A stretch of DNA of 64,000 nt from Octopus vulgaris (taxonomy: Eukaryota), in assembly GCA_951406725.2 (NCBI GenBank), contig OX597822.1:85436001-85500000 (forward strand). The letters run 5' to 3'. Both the position numbers and the translations under genes were made by a program. A model generated the notes under the pieces. It saw nothing but the letters and a program-made list of their open reading frames with translations, was not told the origin of the DNA and ran no database searches. Below, in pieces: positions 11,880 to 24,301 of the stretch. The first letter of the stretch is position 1; each line of letters begins with the position of its first letter.

Positions 11880-13348
11880 CTTATTCCTGGTACACTTTAT
11901 GTGGATAGCGGGTTACTACCTGTAACCTTAGATATCTACAATCTTTCAATAGTCTTTCAAGTGCTTAAGACCCACCTGATAATCTTTCCTGTCCCTAAGA
12001 AGCAAACTTTCTCTAGAAACTCTACAGGATATTCTGTTCCAATCTCCTTCAACCATTTGTCTATACCTTTGCTTACAGTTCCCAATGCACCAATTATTAT
12101 AGGCAAAACCTTTACAATTTTCATATTCCAAATTCTTGCAATTCCAAATTTGAAAGGATTGTATTATTTTTGTTTCTCGTCTTTCTTCGCGATCCTGAAA
12201 TCAATTAGTAGGTAACTTCACTTTTCCTTGTCTATTATTGTTATGCCTGGACTATTACTTTCCAGCTTCTTGTCCGTTTGAATAGGAAAGTCCCACAGAA
12301 ACTTACAATTCTCTGACTCCAGTACTCTTTCGACCCGAAGTTCATACAATGTGTCTCCAGCTTCAAATTCCCATTTCTGGCAATGCTTCCGGTGTAAAAC
12401 TTTTACTATTTGAACGTGTCTCCATTTCTTATATTCTTCCTTTGCCAGTTTGGGACATTCTGCAACAATGTGTGCTGCTGTCTCGTTCCCAAGTTCCACA
12501 GACTCTACATTTTTCTAACACATTCTCCCCAATAATATTTTTCCTCAAGTTGTTTGTTTTTATTGCTTGATCTTGGGCTGCTACAATTAGGCTCTCTGTT
12601 TCTTTTTTTTTAAATGTCTTTTTATTTTTAACCCAGCCCTGAATTTTGTTCCATATACATCATCAGCGGCTGTGTAAAATTGACCGTGCAAAGGTTTCTT
12701 TCTAATCTGTTTAACTCGCTCTCGTTCTATTTCATTCTTGTTCTTTTCTCCTATTCAACACTTGATCACCCGTCTTCAGTAGTTTCTCTGTACTGTTCTG
12801 TAAATATTCTAGTAGGCTTTTTTCCTTCCATCTGTGCACACTCTTCCACAGCAATTAAGCCTCTTCCAGCCTGGTCTCTCTTCAGGTACAGCCGGTTGTA
12901 TCGCGGGCTCCATACATTGTCAACAGCTTTCTCGCTTTTCTCCCAAGTTTCTGTATCTCGTTTCTGGTCCAGTCTATAATTACAACTCCATATCTGATTA
13001 GGGTACTGCTCTTAAATTTATTGCTTCAATAACATAGTTTGCATTCCGCTTTGACTGCAATAATTTTCTGACTCTCCTTGTATACTCTCTACTGGTAATT
13101 TGGTTCATATTTTCACGTTTTGTTCCATCTGCTTCCAGTATCCCAAAATGCTTATACCACTGTCCTTTTTCAACCGCTTTCATTGTTTGCCCATTTGGCA
13201 TTTCATTCCCCTGGCTTCCCTCAAATCTTTATTTCATTTTCAACATAGCGCACTTTTCGATCTTAAGTTACATATCTACATCATTGGAGAAAATGCGAAC
13301 ACTATGTATAATACTTTCAAGCTGTTTCTCATTTCATGCATAAATCCT
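11880..13348 (-). mobile_element. 5'-truncated R4/Dong-clade non-LTR retrotransposon (RT thumb + CCHC + restriction-like endonuclease), decayed
   Basis: YKHFGILEADG...REYTRRVRKLLQSKRNANYVIEAINLRAVP; RLYLKRDQAGRGLIAVE; SLIVAAQDQAIKT; ETAAHIVAECPKLAKEEYKKWRH; FLWDFPIQTDKKLESNSPGITIIDK; PIIIGALGTV. Confidence 0.85.
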
Positions 13349-13350
13349 TA

Positions 13351-13400
<50 letters not shown>
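13351..13400. repeat. (TAT)n/(TAA)n tract abutting the R4/Dong element
   Basis: Visible directly in the sequence. Confidence 0.95.
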
Positions 13401-13401
<1 letters not shown>

Positions 13402-13680
13402 CTCCACCTTAGCGAAATTGGAGGTATTGTTTTCGGTCGAGTTTGTTTGTTTGTTTGTCCGTGGACAAGATATCTCAGGAACCGCTGGATGGATTCAGAT
13501 GAAACTTTCAGGGATGTTTGGCCTCGTGACTGGCACGAACTGATCAGATTTTGGGATCGATTTGATACCGGACAAGGATTTTGGATTATTTTTCGGCTTT
13601 TTTTTTTACTTAATTTGTAAGAGTAGTCGGGTTCATTTTTGGTATTCTCGTTTGTGAGAGCAGTCGAGTTTATTTCAGAC
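13400..13680 (+). mobile_element. DINE-1/HINE-like non-autonomous element fragment
   Basis: Short CTCC...GGAG inverted repeat, then TGTTTTCGGTCG, a (GTTT)n core and ATATCTCAGGAACCGCTGGATGGATTCAGATGAAACTTTCAGGG, a layout typical of this class. Confidence 0.5.
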
Positions 13681-14199
13681 AATGCTTCACAATGCAGTTT
13701 TTCCCTACATTGCGCCACACATCACAAACCGCAGCTTTATGCAATATTCAAGGACACTGTATATTATGGGTCTTTATTCCAACAAAATCGACAATAGCAA
13801 AAATACCACCGAACCTTTATACAGTCACTAGACCTGCTAGAATTAGCAGCCAAAAATCCCCTTTTTTTTACTGTATTTTAAAAAGATGGACACATTGGGT
13901 ATGGTACACCCGAATATACGATATGTCAAGGGTAAAAGTGAGGGTTGCAGCTGGAGAGACGTTGATCTTCAGATCTCTTTGGGGAAGGCCTGGGGCTAAA
14001 CGACAACTACTAAAACAGCAGCAACAACAACAGCGATACAAACATGTACTTTATGTTGGCTGCTATGAGCAAAGAGACCAGCTGCAGCAATATAACAATA
14101 CCTTCGCCGACAAACACTAGCGCCACCATCGAAACAAAAGTTATCATTAGCAATGTCAGCAACATCTTAGGAAACAATTCCAGCCGTCACTTGTTAACC

Positions 14200-14258
14200 A
14201 CACACACGCACACACACACACACATACACACACATGCACACACACATACACATACAAA

Positions 14259-14297
<39 letters not shown>

Positions 14298-14334
14298 CCA
14301 CACACATATATATATATATACATATATATGTATG

Positions 14335-14385
<51 letters not shown>

Positions 14386-14398
14386 GTATGTATGTATG

Positions 14399-14450
<52 letters not shown>

Positions 14451-14612
14451 GGTACTCCAGAATATCACATGGACATCAAAGGAGAAAGGAGAATAACAGA
14501 AAATAAATATACATATATACATAAACACACACACACCTATATATGGGTATGTATGTGCGCGCGTGTGTGTGTGTATCTGTGTATATATGCATGTGTACGT
14601 ATGTGTGAGTCA

Positions 14613-14656
<44 letters not shown>

Positions 14657-14885
14657 CGTGAATGTATATGTGTATATATATGCAGGTACTTCAAACCTTA
14701 TACAGGGACATCAAAAACAGAGGTACTCGCAAATATACGCATGTACACACCTCGAACAAATATGCAGGTACTCCAGAGATCAAACAGACAAACAGACAGA
14801 CATATATGTTTTCATCTACGCATGTAAATATATGCATATATTATATATATGTGTGTGTACATATATATAAATATAATAATATAAT

Positions 14886-14921
<36 letters not shown>

Positions 14922-14953
14922 TGTACATATATATATACATACACACATATATA

Positions 14954-15013
<60 letters not shown>

Positions 15014-15065
15014 CATACATACAAACATATATACATATGCATGTTTTATAGAAATATAGATACAC

Positions 15066-15097
<32 letters not shown>
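14200..15097. repeat. Compound (CA)/(TA)/(GA) microsatellite block
   Basis: Visible directly in the sequence. Confidence 0.9.
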
Positions 15098-15098
<1 letters not shown>

Positions 15099-15339
15099 AG
15101 AGGGAAAATTCGGACAGTCAGACAGCCAGACAGATATCTATAAAAGCAGAAAGACAACCAAGTCAATTTGAAAGAGAAAAATGTTTTGAAGAAAGCAAAG
15201 TTAAAAGAGTGAGAGCAAGATAAACAAATAATTGTATATGGAGGTAATAAGAGTGTTTGGTTAATTTATTTGTCTCTTGTATATATTATTTGGTACGTTT
15301 GTTTGTATGTTTGTCTAATCGCAATAAGAGCTGCTGCTG

Positions 15340-15720
15340 TAATATCTCAAGGACAGGTCATGTGACCTGCACTCGTAAATGTCCGTCTCGTTAGCGACGC
15401 GGTTTTGTAAGAGTAGGGTAATTAACACAATGGAGGCCGAGTGTGCACAGTGCAGCGCGGTGTAGCCTGCACCACAACAAAAACACACTGCAGCGGCAAT
15501 GCTGAACAATAGCTTACAACTGCACATGTAAACAATACTGTTCTGAGAACACCTCTACGATTACGAAACGCCACCGCCACCACACCACCACCACCACTAA
15601 TGTCGACAGTACCACAAGACAAACGGGAGCGCAGTGATACACCGCATACAACTCAACGTACCACAATGACACCATCGAAAACCACACACACATACACACA
15701 CGCGCACGAGCACGTGACCA
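15340..15720. promoter_or_regulatory. Candidate enhancer island
   Basis: Unique CpG-containing sequence with near-palindrome CAGGTCATGTGACCTG (15354-15369), Sox-like ACAAT sites, Fox-like GTAAACAA and CACGTGACC (15711-15719). Confidence 0.4.
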
Positions 15721-15889
15721 AACACAAATGCACGCACACACACACACACATACACACACACAGTTATGCACATATACACACCTAATGTTTATCTGTTATT
15801 GCCACTAAGAGAACCTGAAACTCGAACAACCACATCAAACACAACCGCAGCCAGCGCGCTGTCATTCAAAACACCACCAGTTATACCAA

Positions 15890-16085
15890 GAAGAGCGATT
15901 AAGAGTGCCTCTATGGGGACTGCCGACCTGCTAAAAATAGCAGCTAAATTTGCCTTAAATGTTACCATCTAGAGAAAGGAAAAACATGATGAACAATGTG
16001 GAACTTGATATACAGAGGCGGGATGGTCGTAGGTGGAACGACTGTGATCGTAGGCTTGGTCATTTAAAGCTTAATTAGGGAACAA
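15890..16085 (+). repeat. Old dispersed repeat (GACCTGCTAGAAATAGCAGCCAAA family)
   Basis: Diverged copies also at about 13825, 23370, 27400, 32460 and 58440, and inverted at about 26050, 34900, 44915 and 60550. Confidence 0.65.
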
Positions 16086-16094
16086 AAAAAAAAG

Positions 16095-16305
16095 AATACT
16101 GGTTTCAAACTGTGACACAAGGCCAGCAATTTCGGGGATGGAGATCAGTGATTACATTAACCCCAGTTTTCAACTGGTACTTTTTTTTTTATTGAATGAA
16201 TGGCAAAGTCGACTTAAGTGGAATTTGAACTCGGAACATACAGACAGACGAAATGCCAGTAAGCAGTCTGTCCGGCGCGTTAACGGTTCTACCAGTTCGC
16301 TACTT
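16095..16305 (-). mobile_element. SINE family B (Nin/Deu-like domain), old copy
   Basis: Reverse of GGCAAAGTCGAC...GGAATTTGAACTC...AGACGAAATGCC. Confidence 0.7.
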
Positions 16306-16742
16306 TCACAGCCACAATAACAATAACAACAACAATCATACAACTTTATCACAACCCCGAGTCACCGCTAAATGAACACACACACACACGCACATACACA
16401 CACGGACGCACACACACACACATGCATACTCGTTCACATACATAAACACCACACACACACACACACACACACAAACATACACACACAAGCACATTAACAT
16501 ACATGCATTCACTTCTACAACTGATGTCGAAGACACTCGCTTAATATTTGTGTATGCAAAAATATGAAATGTGTGTTCATATAAATGTATGTTTATGTAT
16601 TTTTACAAGCATCTTTATACATACATACATATATACATATATACATATATATATATATATAACAAAGTGGAGTTGTGGGGTACCGCACGGGTGGAATTAT
16701 ATACGAAAGAAGGTTTGAAAATGCAATTTAAAAGATATTTAT

Positions 16743-16787
16743 TTACTTTACCGGTTTCACTCTTTGGAAAAAGATTGTCAAAAGTAA
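16743..16787 (-). ncRNA. Minimal type I hammerhead ribozyme, U3-A8 core variant
   Basis: Minus strand UUACUU-UUGACAA-UCUUUUUCCAAAGAGU-GAAA-CCGG-UA/AAGUAA: 6-bp helix I, helix II, palindromic ACCGGU helix III, GUA cleavage triplet, then AAUAAA. Confidence 0.6.
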
Positions 16788-17412
16788 CATGTGGAAGTTT
16801 GGTTGCGTTAATTATTGGTTGTTGCAAAATGCTACATTACATATATATATACAGTCTTTGGTAACAGGGACATGTTAAGGACATAAAAAAGTTCAACAAG
16901 TTCCTTAAAATATTGGGCAAAAAAGATTACATAAATAATCGTTCTCAAGGACATACTTAAGATAGTTTCCAGAAGGAATTGATATTGGTACTGTATCTGT
17001 ATATTCAAACATGCACAGAATATTGGTTGACACAGAGTATTATAATCCATATAAATATACAGTCTTTGGTGACAACAGTATGTTGAGAATATAAAAAAGT
17101 TTAACAAGCTCATTGAAAAAATGGGTAGAAAAGATTAAAACAAATATATTATACATCTCAGGGTAATTTCCAGGAGGAATTATTAAAAAAAGTTCAGTAT
17201 ACACATACAGAATATTATGAGTTCAAAAAGATTTACATTATTGTAGTGGTGAAGTTGTCACTAACCTGTCCGTTTTAGGAGAAATGTGGAATTGAAAAGA
17301 ATGTACCCTTTTTTTTTTCCTTTTTTTCTTTTGTTGGCTCTACTTCAAGCAATTTTGCCATTCATTCAATAAAAAAAAAGTACCAGTTGAAAACTGGGGT
17401 CTCTTTCGTATG

Positions 17413-17443
<31 letters not shown>

Positions 17444-17464
17444 ATGTATATATATATATATATG

Positions 17465-17554
<90 letters not shown>

Positions 17555-17565
17555 AATATATATAT

Positions 17566-17796
17566 ACTCTTTTATTCTTTTATTTGTTTCAATCATTTGG
17601 CTGAGGTCATGCCGGAACACTGCCTTTAGTCGAACAAATCGACCCCGTGACTTATTCTTTGTAAGCCTTGTACATATTCTATCCCTTTTGCCGAACCGCT
17701 AAGTTACGGGGACGTAAACACACCAACATCGTTTGTCAAGCAATGGTGGGGGTACAAACACAGACAACAAACATACACACACATACACATACATAT

Positions 17797-17869
<73 letters not shown>

Positions 17870-18012
17870 GCAAGATTATTTCAGTTTCCGTCTACCAAAT
17901 CCACTCATAAGGCTTTGGTCGGCCCCAGGCTACAGTAGAAGATACTTACCCAAGGTGTCACGGAACTATGTGGTTGGTAAGCAAGCTACTTACCACACAG
18001 CCACTCCTACGC
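17566..18012 (-). mobile_element. SINE family A, near full length with internal (TA)n/(CA)n
   Basis: Reverse complement of the copy at 56485-56880 (head GGCGTAGGAGTGGCTGTGTGGTAAGTAGCTTGCTTACC). Confidence 0.88.
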
Positions 18013-18025
18013 CAATACACACACA

Positions 18026-18090
<65 letters not shown>

Positions 18091-18319
18091 GTATGTTATA
18101 TTTGAGGGAAAATCAATACCACTGACTTGAGATTCTCGTTCTGCATTGGTTTTGCTTTTTCCTCTAATATAATTTATACTGGCTATAATGGAACCATAAC
18201 ACGGATTCCTAGATCCAACCTTAACTGTGATCTTGGAACCTAATAGTCGACCAACTATATCACTTAGCCAGCGTACCTATTCGTCTACATCACAACTGAA
18301 CTAAACCCACCACATTATA

Positions 18320-18649
18320 TCGTGACCCCTTTCGGTCATGAATGACTATGCGATAGCACCTAGAAAGTTATCCAACCTTGCCTGGCACAAGGCCAGGCAA
18401 GGTTGTTTATGGCAGACCAGCAGTCGCTCATGTAGACCAGCCTTGCCTCTCCAAGCCACGACAGGCAAACGGATCGATACAGCTTGGCACCAGTGACATT
18501 GCAACTCATTTCTACAGCTGAGTGAACTGGAGCAATGTGAAATAAAGTGTCTTGCTCAAGAACACAACATGCAGCCCGGTCCGGGAATCGAACTCACAAT
18601 CTTACGATCGTAAGCTCGACGCGCTAACCACTGAGCCATGTGCCTTCAC

Positions 18650-18650
<1 letters not shown>
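18320..18650 (-). mobile_element. SINE family C, near full length
   Basis: Closely similar to 49856-50190; tRNA-like head GTGAAGGCACATGGCTCAGTGGTTAG...GTTCGATTCCC. Confidence 0.88.
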
Positions 18651-18700
<50 letters not shown>

Positions 18701-18701
18701 A

Positions 18702-18733
<32 letters not shown>

Positions 18734-18819
18734 AATCCAAACGGGAAACAAAAAAACAACAACAATGGAACAATTACAGTATTATTATTAATAGGCGCTC
18801 AGGAAATGGAAGCAGGGAG

Positions 18820-18854
18820 GTATGACGTTTCGAGCGGAGCTCTTCGTCGGAAAC
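18820..18854 (-). ncRNA. Minimal hammerhead-like motif (CCGACGA core)
   Basis: GUUU-CCGACGA-A-GAGC-UCC-GCUC-GAAA-C-GUC/AUAC; palindromic ACGU helix III; U4C core variant. Confidence 0.5.
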
Positions 18855-19599
18855 ATAAAGAAGGAAGAGAGAGGAAAGAAAGATCCCGGAGCGGGCAACG
18901 GAGATAGAGAAAAAAACGACTGGTGTTAGGAGTAGCACATGGTGAAAGGCGGATGTTTACGATAACAAGAGCAAAGTGGGTTTTTAAAGGCAAAAGAGTG
19001 GAGACAAGGTTGGTAACGCAACAGATGTGTGTGTATGTGTGAGTGTGTGCGTGTGCGTGTGTGTATGTGTGTGTGAGGCGAGGTAAAAAAACAAAAAATA
19101 TATGTATGTGTTAGTGTGTGCGTCTGTGTGTAGGCGTGTGAGGTAGGGCGAGACGGTGGTCAGCATAGCAGCAGCATAGCAGACAAAGGTCAGTAGTGAG
19201 AAAAGGGAGGAAGGTGGAAGGGAGGGAGGGGAAGGGGTGGGGGCGTATGTAGCGTGCCAGCGTGTGTTGAGTAGTAGTGTGTGTGTGTGTCCAGTGTCGT
19301 GGTAGTGTTAGTGGCGAGTAGATTGAATGTGTGTAAGAGTAATGTATATGTTTAAGCAATGTGTGTATATGTGTGCGCGTGTGTGTAACGAAAAAAAAAA
19401 AAAGGGGGGGGGGGGTTAGGAAAAAGACTCCAGCGGAGGGGAAGATGGAAGAGTGGTCCCGCGGAGACGGGCGTGGGAAAACCCAACGACAAGCGACATC
19501 CCAGGAACGGGCGGGAGGTCTCGTCGGGTCCAAGGGCGAGGTGCATGCGGCGCGCATGCGTGCGCGAACCGGCGCAAGCGCGTGTGTGCGCGCGCCTGC

Positions 19600-21050
19600 G
19601 AGTGTGCGCGTACGTATGTGTGTGTGTGGATGTGTGAGTGTGTCTGTGTGTATGTCTGGGTGGCAGTGTGTCCGATGAATGTATGTGAGTATGTGTGTAT
19701 ATATGTGTGTGCATAGATGTATGTCCGTGTGTGTGTGTGTGTGTATGTGTATGAGTGTGTATGTATGTACGTGTGGGTGTGGGGAAGTGTGTGTATGTGC
19801 ATGTGTGTGCGCGAACATACAGGTGTGTGAGTGAGTGCGTGTGTGTGTATGTATGTGTGAGTGTGTATGTATGTGTGTGTAGGATGCATGTATGTGTATG
19901 GGTGTATGTATGCGTGTGTGTATGTATGTATGTGTACGTGCGTGTGTGTGTGTGTATGCGTGTAGGTGTGCGCGTGTGCATGCGTGCATGTATGTGCGTA
20001 TGTGTGTGTGTGTGCATGTGTGTGGGTATATATGTGTGTGCGTATATGTGTGTGTATGTGCGTACATGTGTGTGTGTGTGTATGCATGTGTGTGTGTAGG
20101 TGTGTAGGCGTGTGTGTATAGGTGTATGTATGTAAGTGTGTATGGGTGTGTCCGTGTATGTGTGTATGTATGTGTGTGTATGTAGCTGTGTGGGCGTGTG
20201 TATATGTGTGTGTATGTAGGTGTGTGGGCGTGTGTATATAGGTGTATGTATGTATGTCTGGGTGTGTCCGTGCATGTTTGTGTGTGTGTGTGTATGCATG
20301 TGTATGTAGGTGTGTGTGTACGTGTGTAATGTATGTGTGTATGCGTGTGTATGCGTGCGTGTGTGTATGTAGGTGCGTGTGTATGTGTGTGGGAGTGTAG
20401 GTGTGTGTGTGCGTGTGCGTGTTTATGTTGGTGTGTGCGTATGTGAGTGTGAGTGTATGGGTGTTTGTCATGCATGTGTGTGCGCGTGCAGGTGAGTGTG
20501 TGTGTAAGTATGTGTGTGTGTATGTTTGTGTGTGTGTATGTGTGTATGTCTGTGTGTATGTATGTGCGTATATGAGTATGTAGGTATGTGTGTGTGTATG
20601 TATATGGGTGTATGTATGTATGTGTGTGTGTGTGTGTATGTGTGTAGGCGTGAGTGTGTAGATGTATGTATGTATGGGTGTGTGTCAGTGTGTGTGTGTG
20701 TGTGTGTGTAGGTAGATGTGTGTGTCTGAGTGAGGGTATGGCTGTGTAGGTGTGTGTGTGTATGAATGTAAGTGTGTGTGTATACAAGTGTAATGTATGT
20801 ATGTAGGTGTGTGTGTGTGTGTGTATGTGTACGTGTGCGTGTGTATGTGTGTGTGTGTATGCGTGTGAGTGTGGGTGTATGGGTGTATGTCTGTGTGTGT
20901 GTATGTCTGTGTGTGTGTATGTCTGAAGTGGGTATGTGTGTGTATGTATGTATGTGTGTGTGTGTGCGGTGTGTGTGTGTATGTATGTGTGTGTGTGTAT
21001 GTGTGTGTGTGCATGCGAGTGTGTGGGTATGTATGCAAACATACGCATGC
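19600..21050. repeat. 1.45-kb cryptic (GT)-rich simple repeat
   Basis: Highly interrupted GT/GTAT/GCGT units; produces the spurious 676-aa ORF. Confidence 0.92.
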
Positions 21051-21929
21051 GCACATCCGAAGCAAGCCCACACACACGAAGCGCGCTCACGCACACAGCG
21101 CACAAATAAAAGTTGTTGGTGTATCTCAGTAACATGGTCATGGTCTTCTACAGAGAGATGTGACAGGGTGACGCTGTAGTAAGATGGTGAGGGGAGTTAC
21201 TGTTAGCGTGTGACTCTGTGTGTAGCCCTGTTGCAAGGGTGGTCTGTGTGTAGCCTTATCAGCACTAAGCCGTGTTTAGGCATTGGCAAACTTAAGGTCA
21301 GTTTGTGACATGTTACAACTTCGAAAGAGAAATTCACTGTAGTTAACTTGGAAAAAATATTCTCTCTTATGCTAAAAAGGTGAAAAGGTGCAAAACACCA
21401 TATCTGTCCTGTGCTGCCCCCTGTCGGATTCCCAGACATGTTTCTAACTCTTTAGTCGTTATCAATGGGAAATACTGAAGAGAGGCAACTCTTTTTTCTC
21501 CACGGTAAACTGCAGTGAATTTTCCTTTAGAAGTTGAAATATGCCACAAATATATTTTAAGTAACCCAAAATTCGAATATATATATATATAGTTGTTTCA
21601 GTCATTAGACTGTGGACATGGTGGGGCACGGCTTTGGAACGTTGAATCTTGAAGCAGATAGATCTCACAACGTAACACCCTGTGCCTATTTGACAATAAT
21701 GTCAGGTTTGACGGCAACTGTACGGGAGCCCATTTAATGGATTTTACGACGTGTAATTGGAAGGTTCGCTTTTCTAACAAATTGTATCTCACAGACTCTA
21801 CCTGGGAATCCCTTTAAGGGTACAAATATCTGAGGAGTGCTCACCCTGTTACACGTTAATGTAACGCGTTGTTCGACCAACTTAACTTAGTAAAGTTTGG
21901 TATTTTGGCTTGCAGCTTCAATTATGAAG

Positions 21930-22115
21930 GCAGCGTAGTGGAGGAATCATTAACGCGTCGGACAAAATGATTAGAGATATTTCTTGCTCTTTATTTTCTG
22001 AGTCAACCGAGGTCAACTTTGCCTTTCGTCCTTTCGGGGTCAATAAAATACAATACTAGTGAAGTACTTGTGTCGATATGATCGACTTGAATCGTCTCCT
22101 CAAAATCGCTGGTCT
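21930..22115 (+). mobile_element. SINE family B, old copy
   Basis: GAGGTCAACTTTGCCTTTCGTCCTTTCGGGGTCAATAAA central domain. Confidence 0.7.
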
Positions 22116-22804
22116 TTAACCCATCAACAGACTGATGTCATGTTCAAGGGGATATCGATTTCGGCCATTATTCCGCCACGGAACCATTTAACCGTCCTTA
22201 TGAGCCCTAGGGCTCAAAAAACTTTTAAGAAAACTTCGTTTGTAAGTCTAAACATTGCATTAGGTGCAGCAGAAACCAACCTCCATCCAAGCCAAACGTC
22301 ATGACAAGGTTTCAATCCTCAGTTACAGCGCCTATTTTCCTTTTAAGTCCGCTTTTAGAGAAATGTAAATGGATGCGGTGACATTCATGCCTTTGAAGAA
22401 AAGCATCCATTTACATGTCAAAAGAAGAGTTTTTTTTAGATACAAAAACAGTAATTTTAAGGGGAGGGAAAAAGTTAATTGCAATGACATAACTATTTGG
22501 CAGCAATTATAATTTACCGACTCCGAGAGATGACAAGTCAAGCAAATCTCGACGGGATTTGAACTCAAATTATAAAGATAGGAGACAAATGCTGCAAAGT
22601 ATTTTTTCCGACGCTCAAACGATTCTGCCAGCTGTCAAAATAATAAAAGAAAAACAGAACTGATCTAAAATGATGATAAAGACGGAAAGTTGTGTTTGGA
22701 AAGACAAGAAAAGATCTTCATAAGGGTAGACTAAGTGAAAGTGACGGATGATACAGTCTGATGTAAAAAGATTAAATGAGAATCGATCCTACATCACATG
22801 TTCA

Positions 22805-22897
22805 TTATCAACATCAGCATCACCATCATCATCATCATCATCGTCATCATCATCACCATCGTCATCATCATCATCATCATCATCGTCATCATCATCA
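22805..22897. repeat. (CAT)n microsatellite
   Basis: Visible directly in the sequence. Confidence 0.92.
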
Positions 22898-23985
22898 ATC
22901 AACGGGTATTGCCGTCTCTTGTCCTAAGACTTGTGGGAACGGCTACCCGGTTTCCGTGGCGCATAAATGACCAGGATCATCCCATTTCCTCAGAAAGGAA
23001 TGCTAGTTGGTCCATTTACTTCTGAGTGTAGTCGAGCAACGTGAAATGATGGGATTTGTGCAAGAACACAACGTGCCACCAGGTCTGGGAACTGAAACCA
23101 CTACCTTGCGAGTAACACCTAAATACTCGACCATTTGCCTCCACACACTGCATGTTCCACATAGCGATAAATTAGACATCTTGTGATGCTCACAACCCGG
23201 GTGATCAGTCGTCAATAATTTCTTTTAATGCTTAATGAAGAGAACAACAGAGTTGTATTTTGAAGCAAGTTGCAATTTGTTGAGTCCTTAATTGGCTCCC
23301 ACCCCTGACCAGTGAAGGAAGTTTATGTTTCCATAGAAACATTGAGATGCGCATTTATACACCCATAAACACAGTGACTTGCTAAAAACAGCAGATGATT
23401 CTCTATAAATTCACAGTCTTCCGCTTAAAAAAGAAGTGAATGATAAATTAGATAAAGTAGTCCAAGGACTTCCATGTCTGAATACCGAATTGGATGGTCA
23501 CGGCTTGACCACCTTTCATCATAGGCCTTCACGATCACTTCTGATCTGAGTTACTATTTACACGTACACACATAAACATACACACATGCATACGAGCATA
23601 CATATATATATATATACACAGACAAGCATACGTTCACATCTATATACGTATATACGTACATTTGTACATCCACATACATCCCATAAAAATGTCTGTCTCG
23701 AGCCAACTGACCCATAGGGCCGGACTTTTACTCATATATCAAAGGCGTTTAGGCTGAAAGACCAAGACTCTCTCCTGAACGGGTCACTCGTAGGTCGAAG
23801 GGGATAATCATCTAGGTTCCATTGGTACTTGTTTCCAGTTGAACATGGAGCAGTATGAAGTTAAGTGCCTTGTTCAAGGCTATAACACGCCGATCGGTCC
23901 GCGAATCCAACTCACAAACACAAGCCCAACATCATAACAGTCTATGTCCCGTCAGTAATACAGTGTATGTATGTACGTATGTGAT

Positions 23986-24045
<60 letters not shown>

Positions 24046-24127
24046 TGTGCTTGTATGTACGTATGGGATGTATGTAGATAGACAGGCAGACAGGAGGCTA
24101 GACAGATTAATATATATATATAGATAG

Positions 24128-24185
<58 letters not shown>

Positions 24186-24236
24186 GCAGACAGGCAGACA
24201 GATAGACAGACAGACAGACAGACAGATAGATAGCTG

Positions 24237-24301
<65 letters not shown>

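Larger units (their letters stand above)
18732..21440 (-). mobile_element. Probable PLE 3' segment (terminal repeat with hammerhead, CA-rich UTR)
   Basis: The terminal part 18732-18900 matches copies at 32040-32250 and 51682-51776 and carries a hammerhead motif. Extension to 21440 is inferred from CA-rich UTR-like sequence and a weak endonuclease C-terminal similarity. Confidence 0.4.

Noticed and set aside
19111-21141. 676-aa ORF and the many other HT/VC/YI/LSIY-rich ORFs
   Set aside because: Translations of dinucleotide and tetranucleotide microsatellites that lack stop codons; no domain content.
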